From contig PMOA01000060.1 of assembly GCA_003161635.1 (NCBI GenBank), positions 1 to 60,773 on the forward strand: a stretch of DNA of 60,773 bases. Direction: 5' to 3'. The notes below the pieces were generated by a model. It saw only the letters and a list, made by a program, of their open reading frames with translations, ran no database searches and had not been told where the DNA came from. The stretch's first letter is position 1, and each line of letters starts with the position of its first letter. This document shows, piece after piece, positions 30,101-39,672 of this stretch. This DNA is from Limisphaerales bacterium. GTDB taxonomy: Bacteria; Verrucomicrobiota; Verrucomicrobiia; Limisphaerales; UBA11358. The position numbers and the translations under genes were made by a program.

Positions 30101-31264
30101 TTGTTAGACGGGCGCACTGTGAGCGTACTGCTGGTCAACTACGACGGATTCGCCTTCCGGGACGGCGAAGAAGATCAGGCGCTTTCCGGCCGCCTCCTGT
30201 TCACCCTCAGCTATCTCCGGTTTGAGCATGTGGATGGCACCTGGGAGCTGCCGTTGCAACGCCTGACCCTCGATCAAAACTCCGCCGGCAACCTGATCTT
30301 TCACGACGAAGAAACCGGTTGGTGGTTTGAATCTTCGGACGTGCGGATTTTGAATGATATTTTTCTGCTCCGGCAGACGCACCTCCGGACCCAGGCGCGG
30401 GAATTGCGCGAACGGCGCGAAGGGAATCGCAGTCTCAAATACGCGCTGATATTTTTGGCCGGGTTTGCCGGTTTTTTTTTCATCGGGTGGTTGCTGGTAA
30501 AGGCCGCCGCCAATTCCCTGGCCAATCACGCCCCCGTTGCGTGGGAGGAACACCTGACGGACAAGGTCATCGCCGAACATCCGAAATTGTTCGTCATTGA
30601 CACCAATGATGCCCGCATTACCGTCGTCACCCAGTTGGTGGCGCGCCTTGCCGCCGCCCTGCCGCCGGCGGAGCGCCGTTATCAATTTCGAGCCGCCCTC
30701 ATTGACCGGCCTGTGGTCAATGCCTTTGCCCTGCCGGGCGGAAGAATTTTCGTTTTCACCGGCTTGCTGGACCGCGTCCAAAAACCGGAGGAACTGGCCG
30801 GCGTGCTCGCGCACGAAATGGCCCATGTCACGCAACGGCACGGCCTGCGAAAACTCATCGCCGGCGGCGGACCTTATTATGTCCTGCGGCTGTTCGTCAG
30901 CGACCAGCAGGGAGTATTGTCAGTCATCAGCGCCGGCTCCCAGTTGCTGGTCAACCAGTATTATTCGCGCGACGTGGAACGCGAGGCGGACACGATTGGA
31001 TGGCATTACCTGATGGCAGCCAACATTGACCCGCGCGGACTGGCCGATTTTTTCCAGCTTCAGACGGAGAGCGAAGCCACCACCACCATCCCCGAAATGT
31101 TTCGCAGCCATCCCGCCACCAGCGAGCGCATTGCTTCCCTGAACCGGCTCTGGGAAAAGAGCGAGCGGAAAAGCGGGTTTGTCCAATTGCCAGCCATGAC
31201 CAACGCCCCCCTTACATCCCTTCAGGAGCGGCTTCTTCGCTCCTTCAAATCACCTCCCAAATAG
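30101..31264 (+). CDS. M48-family metalloprotease
   Basis: NAFALPGG, LAHEMAH, YSR..EREAD, SHP; start uncertain. Confidence 0.9.
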   Translation: MLDGRTVSVLLVNYDGFAFRDGEEDQALSGRLLFTLSYLRFEHVDGTWELPLQRLTLDQNSAGNLIFHDEETGWWFESSDVRILNDIFLLRQTHLRTQARELRERREGNRSLKYALIFLAGFAGFFFIGWLLVKAAANSLANHAPVAWEEHLTDKVIAEHPKLFVIDTNDARITVVTQLVARLAAALPPAERRYQFRAALIDRPVVNAFALPGGRIFVFTGLLDRVQKPEELAGVLAHEMAHVTQRHGLRKLIAGGGPYYVLRLFVSDQQGVLSVISAGSQLLVNQYYSRDVEREADTIGWHYLMAANIDPRGLADFFQLQTESEATTTIPEMFRSHPATSERIASLNRLWEKSERKSGFVQLPAMTNAPLTSLQERLLRSFKSPPK

Positions 31265-31329
31265 CCTGGAAAGGATCACCGCGTCCATTTTGCATTGCCA
31301 CTGTGCGTTTTTTTGCTATGAATTTCCAC

Positions 31330-31395
31330 GGCAATGGAGTTTGCCGTCCCATCATGGGAAAACCGTCCCGATTCATCGGGACTGATGACTTCTAC
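31330..31395 (+). ncRNA. Fluoride (crcB-motif) riboswitch aptamer
   Basis: GGCAATGGAGTTTGCC...AAACCG-stem-CTGATGACTTCTAC matches the GGCGAUGG..CGCC..AAC..GCUGAUGAC.CCUAC consensus. Confidence 0.9.
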
Positions 31396-31500
31396 CTGGG
31401 AGGGACGGCGTGCCGCCGTCCCTGAAAAAAATAAATGGGCCGGCAATATGCCAGCCCTCCCATAATCGGGAAAATTTTGGCTCCAGGCAGGAGTTTGTTT

Positions 31501-32730
31501 ATGCATGAGAACATTTGGTTTGTGGCGGCCATCTGGATGGGATTGGCATTCATCGCCAGCTTGATTTCCATCCGCGTCGGCATTTCCGTCGCACTCATAG
31601 AAATCCTGGTGGGTGTCATCGCCGGCAACATTCACTTCGACGGCGGCCAGCACATTTTACAAACGACCGATTGGATCAACTTCCTGGCGATGCTGGGCAG
31701 CGGCGTGCTGACGTTTCTGGCGGGCGCAGAAATTGACCCGGTCTCGTTGCGCGCCAATCTTCGCGCCAGCATGGCGATTGGCGTGCTGTCGTTTTTTCTT
31801 CCGTTTGTCTGCGTGTGGCTGTTCGCGCAATTCGTGCTCGGCTGGCCGTTGCATCAGGCGCAAATCGCCGGCATTGCGTTGTCCACCACGTCCGTCGCCG
31901 TCGTTTACGCGGTGATGATCGAAGGCGGTTTTGGCCAGACTCCACTCGGCAAAACGATTCTGGCGGCGTGCTTCATCACGGATTTAGGCACGGTGCTGGC
32001 GCTCGGCTCACTTTTTGCCGACTTCAACATCTGGCTGGTGGTTTTCGTGGTAGTCACGGCGGTAGTGCTTTGGTTCATGCCGAAGTGGACCCAGTTCATC
32101 ATCACCAAACTTGGCGCGACGCGCGTGAGCGAGCCGGAAGTAAAGTTCATCTTCCTCGTGCTGTTTTTTCTCGGCGGGCTGGCGTCCACCGCTAAAAGCG
32201 AAGCGGTGTTGCCCGCCTATCTGGTCGGCCTCGTCGTCGCGGGCGTGTTCCTGCGCGACAAAACGCTCGTGCACCGGATGCGCACCATCGCGTTCACGAT
32301 CTTCACGCCTTTTTATTTCATCAAGGCGGGGCTTTTCGTCTCGCTGCCCGCCTTGTGGTCGGCGCTGGGTGTCATCATGATTCTGCTGCTGATAAAAATG
32401 GTGACGAAATTCATCGGGGTGTGGCCGCTCACCAAGGTTTTTTACATGCGCAACCGCGAGGCGAATTACACCACGCTGCTGATGTCCACCGGGTTGACAT
32501 TCGGCACCATCTCCGCACTGTTCGGCCTGCAAAACCATATCATTGACCAGGCCCAATACACCGTGCTCGTCACCGTCGTCATTCTCAGCGCGTTCGTGCC
32601 GACGCTCATCGCGCAAAAATTTTTCCAGCCCACGATTGAAACAATGGTCGAATGGGGCAAAATTTACAGCGAACGAATCAACAGCAAGAAAAACATCCCA
32701 ACATCGGATGTCGGGGCAACCGGAAAGTGA
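31501..32730 (+). CDS. Cation:proton antiporter (CPA2 family)
   Basis: About 12 TMs, FLAGAEID, LSTTSVAVV, FITD; AGGAG SD. Confidence 0.9.
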   Translation: MHENIWFVAAIWMGLAFIASLISIRVGISVALIEILVGVIAGNIHFDGGQHILQTTDWINFLAMLGSGVLTFLAGAEIDPVSLRANLRASMAIGVLSFFLPFVCVWLFAQFVLGWPLHQAQIAGIALSTTSVAVVYAVMIEGGFGQTPLGKTILAACFITDLGTVLALGSLFADFNIWLVVFVVVTAVVLWFMPKWTQFIITKLGATRVSEPEVKFIFLVLFFLGGLASTAKSEAVLPAYLVGLVVAGVFLRDKTLVHRMRTIAFTIFTPFYFIKAGLFVSLPALWSALGVIMILLLIKMVTKFIGVWPLTKVFYMRNREANYTTLLMSTGLTFGTISALFGLQNHIIDQAQYTVLVTVVILSAFVPTLIAQKFFQPTIETMVEWGKIYSERINSKKNIPTSDVGATGK

Positions 32731-32736
32731 GGCGTT

Positions 32737-33162
32737 ATGTTCAAAAAAATCCTTGTCGGTTACGACGGCTCCAAAGGCGGCAAGGCCGCGCTCCAGCGCG
32801 CGGCGGTGCTGGCCAAAGGATTCAACGCCGACCTCTGCGCCTTTTGGGTGCGTGAGTTGCTGCCGCGCCATTCCGATCTGCCCGGCGAATACGAGGAGGA
32901 AGCTGAAGCGGCGGACGAATACTTCAAGGCGCGACAGCGCGAAGTCCAGGAAGTGGCCACGCAATACGGAATCAACCTCCCTTGCGAAACGCGCCGGGGC
33001 CACGCGGCCAAAACCATTTTGCGCTTCGCCGACGAAGGCGGCTACGACCTGATTGTCATCGGCCACAGCGATCATTCCGAGTTATGGGGCCGCCTGCTCG
33101 GCGACACCGCCGACCGCATCAGCGACCACGCCCATTGCAGCGTGTTGATCGTCAAATCCTGA
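32737..33162 (+). CDS. Universal stress protein
   Basis: ILVGYDGS, DLIVIG, LLGDTA..I..HAHCSVLIVK. Confidence 0.95.
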   Translation: MFKKILVGYDGSKGGKAALQRAAVLAKGFNADLCAFWVRELLPRHSDLPGEYEEEAEAADEYFKARQREVQEVATQYGINLPCETRRGHAAKTILRFADEGGYDLIVIGHSDHSELWGRLLGDTADRISDHAHCSVLIVKS

Positions 33163-33344
33163 CCCCGCCGTTGGGCCATGAACGAATTGCCCAATCAAAT
33201 CGCGTCGCGGCTGAAAAGTGGCGGCCGGCGCGAATTGGTTTCGGAGGACATTGGCCGGTTGGTGGGCGCGCAGCAGGCGCACGGCTTTCCGCAAAGTTGA
33301 ACCATTTGACACCGGGTCGCTGCGCGAAGAAAATGGAGGCTGAA

Positions 33345-33824
33345 ATGAATATTGTTCCAAAATCCAAAACCGAAGCCCCGGTGATTCTCATCCGCCTGAT
33401 GGTTGGCGGCGTGTTTTTCATTGAAGGTGTGTTGAAGTTTCTTTACCCGGACGCCTTGGGCGCGGGACGGTTTGCCAAAATCGGCATTCTCTTCCCGCAA
33501 ATCATGGGTCCGTTCGTCGGCGGCGTGGAAATTGTCTGCGGCGCACTGGTGTTGATCGGTTTGCTGACCCGGCTCGCGGCCATTCCCCTGCTCATCAACA
33601 TTTCGGTGGCCATCCTTTCGACCAAAATTCCCATCCTGCTGGGGCACGGTTTTTGGACGTTCACGTTGCCCGACCTGCCGCGTTACGGTTTCCTGAGCAT
33701 GATGCACGAGGCGCGCACGGACTTTTCCATGGTCCTCGGCCTGGTCTTTCTGCTGTGCGTTGGGGCGGGACGATGGTCGGTGGACGGGCAACTGGCGGCA
33801 ACCGGCAAGGAAACCATGAAATGA
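33345..33824 (+). CDS. DoxX-family membrane protein
   Basis: LIRLMVG.VF, VEIVCG..V.IGLLTR, GAG.WSVD; GGAGG SD. Confidence 0.9.
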   Translation: MNIVPKSKTEAPVILIRLMVGGVFFIEGVLKFLYPDALGAGRFAKIGILFPQIMGPFVGGVEIVCGALVLIGLLTRLAAIPLLINISVAILSTKIPILLGHGFWTFTLPDLPRYGFLSMMHEARTDFSMVLGLVFLLCVGAGRWSVDGQLAATGKETMK

Positions 33825-34663
33825 AAACCTGCCAGCCCTCGCAAAAGCCATTTACAACTTTCACCACCCGGTTTAATTCCAGCCTCACCCGGACATCAAT
33901 CACATGGGCGGCCATGCTGTTTGTCTTTTCAACGCTTGGACTCCTTGCCGGCCCGCCGTTTGTCACCGACGACCCCGAACCGGTGGATTATCAACATTGG
34001 GAGTTTTACATCGCTTCACAACACGCCCAGACGTCGGATGGCTGGTCCGGCACCGCTCCGCACTTCGAACTGAATTACGGCGTCATCACCAACGTGCAAC
34101 TCCACCTCATTGCGCCATTGGCCTATGACGCCCCGAAAAATGGCGCGGCGCAATACGGCTACGGCGACACGGAACTGGGCGTCAAATTCCGTTTCCTCCA
34201 GGAAACATCCCTGCTCCCGCAAGTCGGCGTGTTCCCCCAGGTCGAAGCTCCGACCGGCGACAGCGCGCGCGGGTTGGGCAGCGGACAATGGCAGGCGTTC
34301 CTGCCGTTGTGGCTCCAGAAAAGTTTCGGCGACTGGACGATTTACGGCGGCGGTGGCTACGGCATCAACCCGGGCGCGGGAAATCAAAACTGGGGCTTTG
34401 GCGGCGCGGTAGTCCAGTGCCAGGTGCGGGACAATATTCTAGTCGGCGGCGAAATTTACCATCGCACCGCCATGCAAACCGGCGGCCGGAGCGACACCGC
34501 GTTCAACGTGGGAACCGTCATTGATTTCACCGAACACCAGCATCTGCTCTTCTCCGCCGGCCGTTCCCTTGACGGCCTGACTGATTTTCAAGTTTACATC
34601 GCCTGGCAATTCACCTTCGGCCCGGAACTCTTTCATTCGATTGCCAGTTCGTTTCGAAAATGA
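33821..34663 (+). CDS. Outer-membrane beta-barrel (MetA-phenol-pathway-like)
   Basis: Signal then GPPFVTDDP, GYGDTELGVKFRF, PTGD..RGLGSG, aromatic C-terminal strand. Confidence 0.75.
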   Translation: MKTCQPSQKPFTTFTTRFNSSLTRTSITWAAMLFVFSTLGLLAGPPFVTDDPEPVDYQHWEFYIASQHAQTSDGWSGTAPHFELNYGVITNVQLHLIAPLAYDAPKNGAAQYGYGDTELGVKFRFLQETSLLPQVGVFPQVEAPTGDSARGLGSGQWQAFLPLWLQKSFGDWTIYGGGGYGINPGAGNQNWGFGGAVVQCQVRDNILVGGEIYHRTAMQTGGRSDTAFNVGTVIDFTEHQHLLFSAGRSLDGLTDFQVYIAWQFTFGPELFHSIASSFRK

Positions 34664-34736
34664 AAGCGAATTCCACACCGCCAGGAGATGCAACCCGGCA
34701 CTGTTCTTGGTCGGGAAGTCTGGGCCGGGAGCGCCG

Positions 34737-34835
34737 GGCGACTGGAAAGTCGCCCAAACCCGCTGACAAGAATGTCCGCGCTACGTGTAGCGCAGGCTTT
34801 CCAGCCTGCGGGTTCTGGGGACTTTCCAGTCCCCA
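34737..34835. repeat. GTAG REP units, tail-to-head
   Basis: ...GTCCGCGCTAC GT GTAGCGCAGG...; same family as 22497-22627. Confidence 0.8.
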
Positions 34836-34937
34836 GTTTAAGAACGGTGTCGAGTTGCACCCATCGCCAGGGCCGGCCTTGAGCCGGACTTGTGCGTTAG
34901 CCGCCAAGTTGAGACGCTGACACGTGACGTGCATTCC

Positions 34938-36176
34938 ATGAACGAAACGCGGGAAATCCTGGCCATCGCCATTTTCGCCTTCACCTACGTTCTCATCAGC
35001 GGGCGGCGGTTGAAAATTCTTCCCCTCAACCGTCCCGCCGCGGCGTTGCTCGGCACGGTGCTGATGGTCACCGCCGGCGTGCTGACGCCCGAGCAGGCTT
35101 ACCGCGCAGTGGATTACAACACGCTCGTGCTGCTGCTGGGCATGATGCTCATCTCGGCGTATCTGAGCCTGGCCGGTTTCTTCGACTGGGCGGCCGGGTA
35201 CATCTTGAAAGCGGCGAAGACCCCGCAACGGTTGCTGCTCTACCTCATCGTCGCCTCGGGCGCGCTCTCGGCGTTGCTCGTCAATGACACGGTGTGCCTC
35301 ATGCTCACCCCGCTGGTCGTGGCCGTGATCGTGCGCGGGCGGTTGCCCCTGCCTCCGTATCTGCTGGCCCTGGCCATGAGCGCCAATCTCGGCAGCGTGG
35401 CCACCCTCGTCGGCAATCCGCAAAACATGATCATCGGCAGCCTCTCCCAACTCCCGTTCGTCCGTTTCTCCGCGTCGCTGCTGCCCGTGGCCGTCGTTGG
35501 CCTGGCCATTGAATACGCCGTGCTTCGTATCGGCTTCGGCAAAATGCTTCGCGCGGCCCGGATCGAGCGGAGTGAAGCCCACGCGCGCCCGCTCGACCGC
35601 CCGTTGACGACGATTACGCTGGCCGCGCTGGCGCTCGTGTTTGCCGGTTTTGTCGCCGGCTTCAACCTGGCCTGGACGGCCCTGGCGGGCGGAGCGTTCG
35701 TGATGGTGCTGGCGCGCCGCGACACACACCAGGTGCTCAAGCTCGTGGACTGGCATCTGCTCGTGTTCTTTGCCGCGTTGTTCGTCGTGGTGGAAGGGTT
35801 GAACACCACCGGCCTGCCGGACCAGGTTTACTCGCACTTGCGCGGCGTGTTCGGCGCCACGGAAACCTCGCAGGCCTGGAACCTCACGTGGTTTTCGGTG
35901 GCCGGCTCCAACATTTTTTCCAATGTGCCGTTCGTGCTCGTGGCCGGGAAATGGATTCCCAATTTCGCCAATCCCGCCCTGATGTGGAAGGTGCTGGCGC
36001 TGGCCACCACCTTCGCCGGCAACCTCACCATCCTCGGCTCGGTGGCCAACATCATCGTCGTGGAATCCGCCCGGGGCCATTGCGAAGTGGGTTTTTGGGA
36101 TTACGCCCGATTCGGCATCCCGATCACGATTCTGACCACGGTCGCCGGCATGGCGATCCTGCTCCTCCTCGGCTGA
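34938..36176 (+). CDS. ArsB/NhaD (SLC13-like) anion permease
   Basis: [41 protein letters not shown]. Confidence 0.9.
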   Translation: MNETREILAIAIFAFTYVLISGRRLKILPLNRPAAALLGTVLMVTAGVLTPEQAYRAVDYNTLVLLLGMMLISAYLSLAGFFDWAAGYILKAAKTPQRLLLYLIVASGALSALLVNDTVCLMLTPLVVAVIVRGRLPLPPYLLALAMSANLGSVATLVGNPQNMIIGSLSQLPFVRFSASLLPVAVVGLAIEYAVLRIGFGKMLRAARIERSEAHARPLDRPLTTITLAALALVFAGFVAGFNLAWTALAGGAFVMVLARRDTHQVLKLVDWHLLVFFAALFVVVEGLNTTGLPDQVYSHLRGVFGATETSQAWNLTWFSVAGSNIFSNVPFVLVAGKWIPNFANPALMWKVLALATTFAGNLTILGSVANIIVVESARGHCEVGFWDYARFGIPITILTTVAGMAILLLLG

Positions 36177-36178
36177 CC

Positions 36179-37393
36179 ATGGCGAACAACCCTTCAACCC
36201 CACGCTTCCGCTGGCTCAACCGTACCGTGCTCGGCATCGGGCTGGCGTCGCTGCTCAGCGACTGGTCGCACGAAATCGCCACCACCGTCCTGCCCGCGTT
36301 CCTCGCTTCCATGGGCGCGGCGGCGGCGTGGCTGGGCGTGATTGAAGGCGTTGCCGACGGTCTGTCCAGCTTCGCCAAGATGGCGTCCGGCTTTTACACG
36401 GACAAACTGCAACGCCGCAAACCCATCGCCGTCGTTGGCTATCTCGTCACCGCGCTCGGCACGGCGTCTTTTGGACTGGCCACCGCAGCATGGCACATTT
36501 TGATTTCGCGGTCGCTCGCGTGGCTTGGACGCGGCGTGCGCACGCCCGTGCGCAAGGCGCTGCTTGCCGCTGCCGTCACGCGCGAAACCTACGGTCGCGC
36601 CTTCGGCTTCGAGCGGATGATGGATACCATCGGCGCGATTGTCGGTCCAGCCACGGCTTTTCTGTTGCTCGCCGCGTTGCAACACAATTACCGCCGCGTT
36701 TTCCTGCTGACGCTTATTCCCGGGGTTTGCGCCGCCGGCTTGATCGCGTTTTTCGTCCGGGAAAAGGAGCGCCGACCCGTGGCGCACGTCTCGTTCGGCG
36801 CACGTCTGCGTTTGCTGCCGCGGCCTTACCGGAAATTTCTCGTCGCCGTCGGAATTTTCGGCGCGGGCGACTTCGCCCCCTCGTTGTTGATCCTGCTGGC
36901 GGCGCAAAAGCTCGCGCCGGAGCTGGGCGCGGCCAAAGCGGCCAGCGTCGCGGTCGGATTTTACGTGTTGCGGAACATTTTTTACGCCGGGTTCGCCTAC
37001 GTGGCGGGCTGGCTCGCGGACCGTTTCAAAAAACAGTTCGTGCTCGCGTCCGGTTACGCGCTGGCGGCGGTGATGGCGTTGTTGATTGTGGCCGCGCCGA
37101 TGACGATTGGGCTGCTCGGCATCATTTTCATCCTCAGCGGCATCTATGTGGCGATTGAGGAAACGCTGGAAGACTCGTTCTGCGCGGAACTGGTGGGCGA
37201 GGAACATCATGGCATGGCGTTCGGCGTGCTGGCCACCGTGAACGGCGTCGGCGATTTCCTGTCGAGCATCATCGTCGGCGCGCTGTGGACGATGGCAGGC
37301 ACAAGCGTGGCGTTTGGTTACAGCGCGGTTTTGTTCTGCCTGGGCGCATTGCTGGTTTTGCGGACAAGACCGGTAACCACGGATGGACACTGA
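36179..37393 (+). CDS. MFS transporter
   Basis: 12-TM pattern, G..TDKL.RRK, GRAFGF.R.MDT.GA.VGP. Confidence 0.92.
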   Translation: MANNPSTPRFRWLNRTVLGIGLASLLSDWSHEIATTVLPAFLASMGAAAAWLGVIEGVADGLSSFAKMASGFYTDKLQRRKPIAVVGYLVTALGTASFGLATAAWHILISRSLAWLGRGVRTPVRKALLAAAVTRETYGRAFGFERMMDTIGAIVGPATAFLLLAALQHNYRRVFLLTLIPGVCAAGLIAFFVREKERRPVAHVSFGARLRLLPRPYRKFLVAVGIFGAGDFAPSLLILLAAQKLAPELGAAKAASVAVGFYVLRNIFYAGFAYVAGWLADRFKKQFVLASGYALAAVMALLIVAAPMTIGLLGIIFILSGIYVAIEETLEDSFCAELVGEEHHGMAFGVLATVNGVGDFLSSIIVGALWTMAGTSVAFGYSAVLFCLGALLVLRTRPVTTDGH

Positions 37394-37745
37394 TAACCAC
37401 CAGCCTTCGTTTGTTTCGCGCTCGCGCTCCGCTTACAAAACTTTGTCCCACGTGGGACAAAGTTTTGTCATGTCGGATTAACGTTGAAAATGCGCCGCGG
37501 GATTCGGCGCGACGAGTGCGGCACAGATTTCGTGTGGTTTCTGCCTTCATCCGATTTCGGCGCGATAAGCGCATTTTTCGCGATTGGTTTTCTGCCGCCC
37601 CGATGGGGCTTGGAAAATTATTTTTTGGGCCGTTTACCCAAAGCGTTGCCTTGGGCTATTTTTTGTCAGCCTTGCAGGCTTTTAATTCGTGTCCATTCGT
37701 GTAATCCGTGTCGCCTCTTTGTGTCTTTGTTCCTTTGTTGTTCAA
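37376..37745. repeat. Composite nested repeat region
   Basis: AACCACGGATGGACAC / ATTCGTGTCCATTCGTG arms enclosing several palindromes. Confidence 0.6.
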
Positions 37746-37798
37746 TCCACGACCGTTGGGAAGGACGAAGCGTGAGGTGCGAGGCGAGCGGGCAGGAA

Positions 37799-38446
37799 CT
37801 ATTGCTGTTTGTCCTTGGGATAATAAGGACCGTAAAGCAGCCCGTGGTCCTTGGGCGTCAACAGCAGAGCATTTGCCATTCGCGAAACGTCATGAGCTTG
37901 ATCGGTGGATGAATTAATGGCCTGATCAACCGCAGCCACGATCAAATCGGCAAAGATGTTTCCACTACCGCCGGAGTTTTGCTGGGCGGTGGCGGTGCCT
38001 TCCCAAAGGACCAGCCCGGTTTTTGTATCCACGAGCTTTGCTTGAACGGCGACAATGGTGGCGCTGTTGATCACCTGATACTTCGTCCCGTATTGCTTGA
38101 GCGTGACGTAAAGGACCGCATCCGCGCCAATGATGTCCCTGATTTTGTCCAGCGGAGCCTGGTGCATTTCGCCGGCGGTGGGCATGCCGTTTTCCTTCAT
38201 GAACTGGTCAACGACTACCACCGGGTATACGTAATATCCCATCTCGGCCAGCGGCATCGTAACCGTGGAGAAGTAACCGTAGGTGCCTTCAACCGCCGTG
38301 CTTTCGTTGAGCGGCGGCAGCACGAGAATGGACCGCGGCGGATGCGCGCGAAAGTTGGTGTAATCGTAGGGCTTGGTCGCACACCCGACGAGCATCACGG
38401 TCAATGCCAGGGCGCACAATCCCAGTCTTAAATGGCGCGTTTTCAT
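37799..38446 (-). CDS. DUF799-family lipoprotein
   Basis: LVGC lipobox, PRSILVLPPLNES, GADAVLY. Confidence 0.88.
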   Translation of the reverse strand: MKTRHLRLGLCALALTVMLVGCATKPYDYTNFRAHPPRSILVLPPLNESTAVEGTYGYFSTVTMPLAEMGYYVYPVVVVDQFMKENGMPTAGEMHQAPLDKIRDIIGADAVLYVTLKQYGTKYQVINSATIVAVQAKLVDTKTGLVLWEGTATAQQNSGGSGNIFADLIVAAVDQAINSSTDQAHDVSRMANALLLTPKDHGLLYGPYYPKDKQQ

Positions 38447-38802
38447 TTCGTCACCAGATTGGTCATCATGCGGTCCATGAACACGGTGGATTCCGGGAAC
38501 TGGACCTTTTCCTTTTCAAACTCCTGCCGGGCGAGGTCAGTTTTGCCCATTTGGTAGTCGAGGTAACCCAAGTACGCATGAAATCCCGGCGGAACGGGCT
38601 TGTTGGCTGAGGCGGCCTTCTGCAAATCCTCCTCCATCTTCAGCACCTGCGCTTCCGGCGGGAGCTTGCCCGGTTTCGCATAGGTGACATAAGCAAGTTC
38701 TTCGTAGTGGCCCCAATAGTAAACGGTCGGGGACTGGCATCCCGCGACCAGCACCGGGACGGCCAGCAGCCACAGCGGCAGTTTTACGCGGGCGTTGTTC
38801 AC
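38443..38802 (-). CDS. DUF4810-family lipoprotein
   Basis: VAGC lipobox, YYWG.Y, VPPGFHA.LG, FE.EK..FPES. Confidence 0.88.
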   Translation of the reverse strand: MNNARVKLPLWLLAVPVLVAGCQSPTVYYWGHYEELAYVTYAKPGKLPPEAQVLKMEEDLQKAASANKPVPPGFHAYLGYLDYQMGKTDLARQEFEKEKVQFPESTVFMDRMMTNLVTK

Positions 38803-39482
38803 TATTTCTCCGGCTTCCATTTGCCCTGTTCCACACCTTCCACCAGCCGGTTGACGGCTTCGCGAATTGCGAGATCCAAGACCTTCCCATTCAACGTGGA
38901 GTCGTAGCTCGCCGCACCTCCAAATCCCAGTACTTCGCGATTGCTGAGCGCGTATTCACCGGCTCCCTGAGTCGAATATACAACCTCCGAAGTAATCACA
39001 TCCACGATGTTCAAATTCACCTTGGAATAGGCCACCTGCTTCTTGCCGCTGCCGAGGATGCCAAACAATTGCTGGTCGCCGACTTCCTTGCGGCCGAATT
39101 CCGTGACTTCACCGGTGACAATGTAATTGGCCCCCTTCAGCTTCAGTTGCTGCCCATTGATGGAGGCCTCATTCGTTAGCGAATGCATGTTGTCGCGGTC
39201 CACCACAAGAAAACGTCCGGTTTGTTGCAGGTCAGTGATGAGGATGGTCTTGGCCTGCCCGCCCAGCCGATCCACACCGTCCGAAAAGAGGCCGCGCATA
39301 TAGGACGAATGATTGTCACAGTTCCCCACCATCAATGTGCTCCTGGGTCCGTTGTAGGGGGTGCCCGCCGATGCCACGGTCTCGGGTTTGATCGCCTGAT
39401 GCGATTCGGTCGCGCAACCGGCCAGGCCGGCGCCAACGAGCATCGCCAAAAATAAATGACTGAGTGTTTGAAACGTTTTCAT
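38802..39482 (-). CDS. CsgG/HfaB-family lipoprotein
   Basis: LAGC lipobox, LQQTGRF.V.DR, G.VTEFGR, STQGAGE. Confidence 0.88.
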   Translation of the reverse strand: MKTFQTLSHLFLAMLVGAGLAGCATESHQAIKPETVASAGTPYNGPRSTLMVGNCDNHSSYMRGLFSDGVDRLGGQAKTILITDLQQTGRFLVVDRDNMHSLTNEASINGQQLKLKGANYIVTGEVTEFGRKEVGDQQLFGILGSGKKQVAYSKVNLNIVDVITSEVVYSTQGAGEYALSNREVLGFGGAASYDSTLNGKVLDLAIREAVNRLVEGVEQGKWKPEK

Positions 39483-39672
39483 GCGACTGTCCTTTCTGTT
39501 GTTAGATGCGAGTTCGGCCATATTTTAAAATCTTAATTCCGAATCTTTCTGACGAAGTTAGATTTATGATTCTTGGAAGTAAAGTCCTGTTTAATTGAGT
39601 CAACTCGCGCGTATTTCGCGGTTCAAAATTGAATTGTCCCCTGCTCCATTTCGCGGCAAACTTCTTGTTCCT

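Noticed and set aside
34611-36203. Long antisense ORFs (e.g. 34611-36203, 25797-27203, 41508-42803, 23188-24450)
   Set aside because: Shadow frames of well-supported GC-rich genes on the opposite strand
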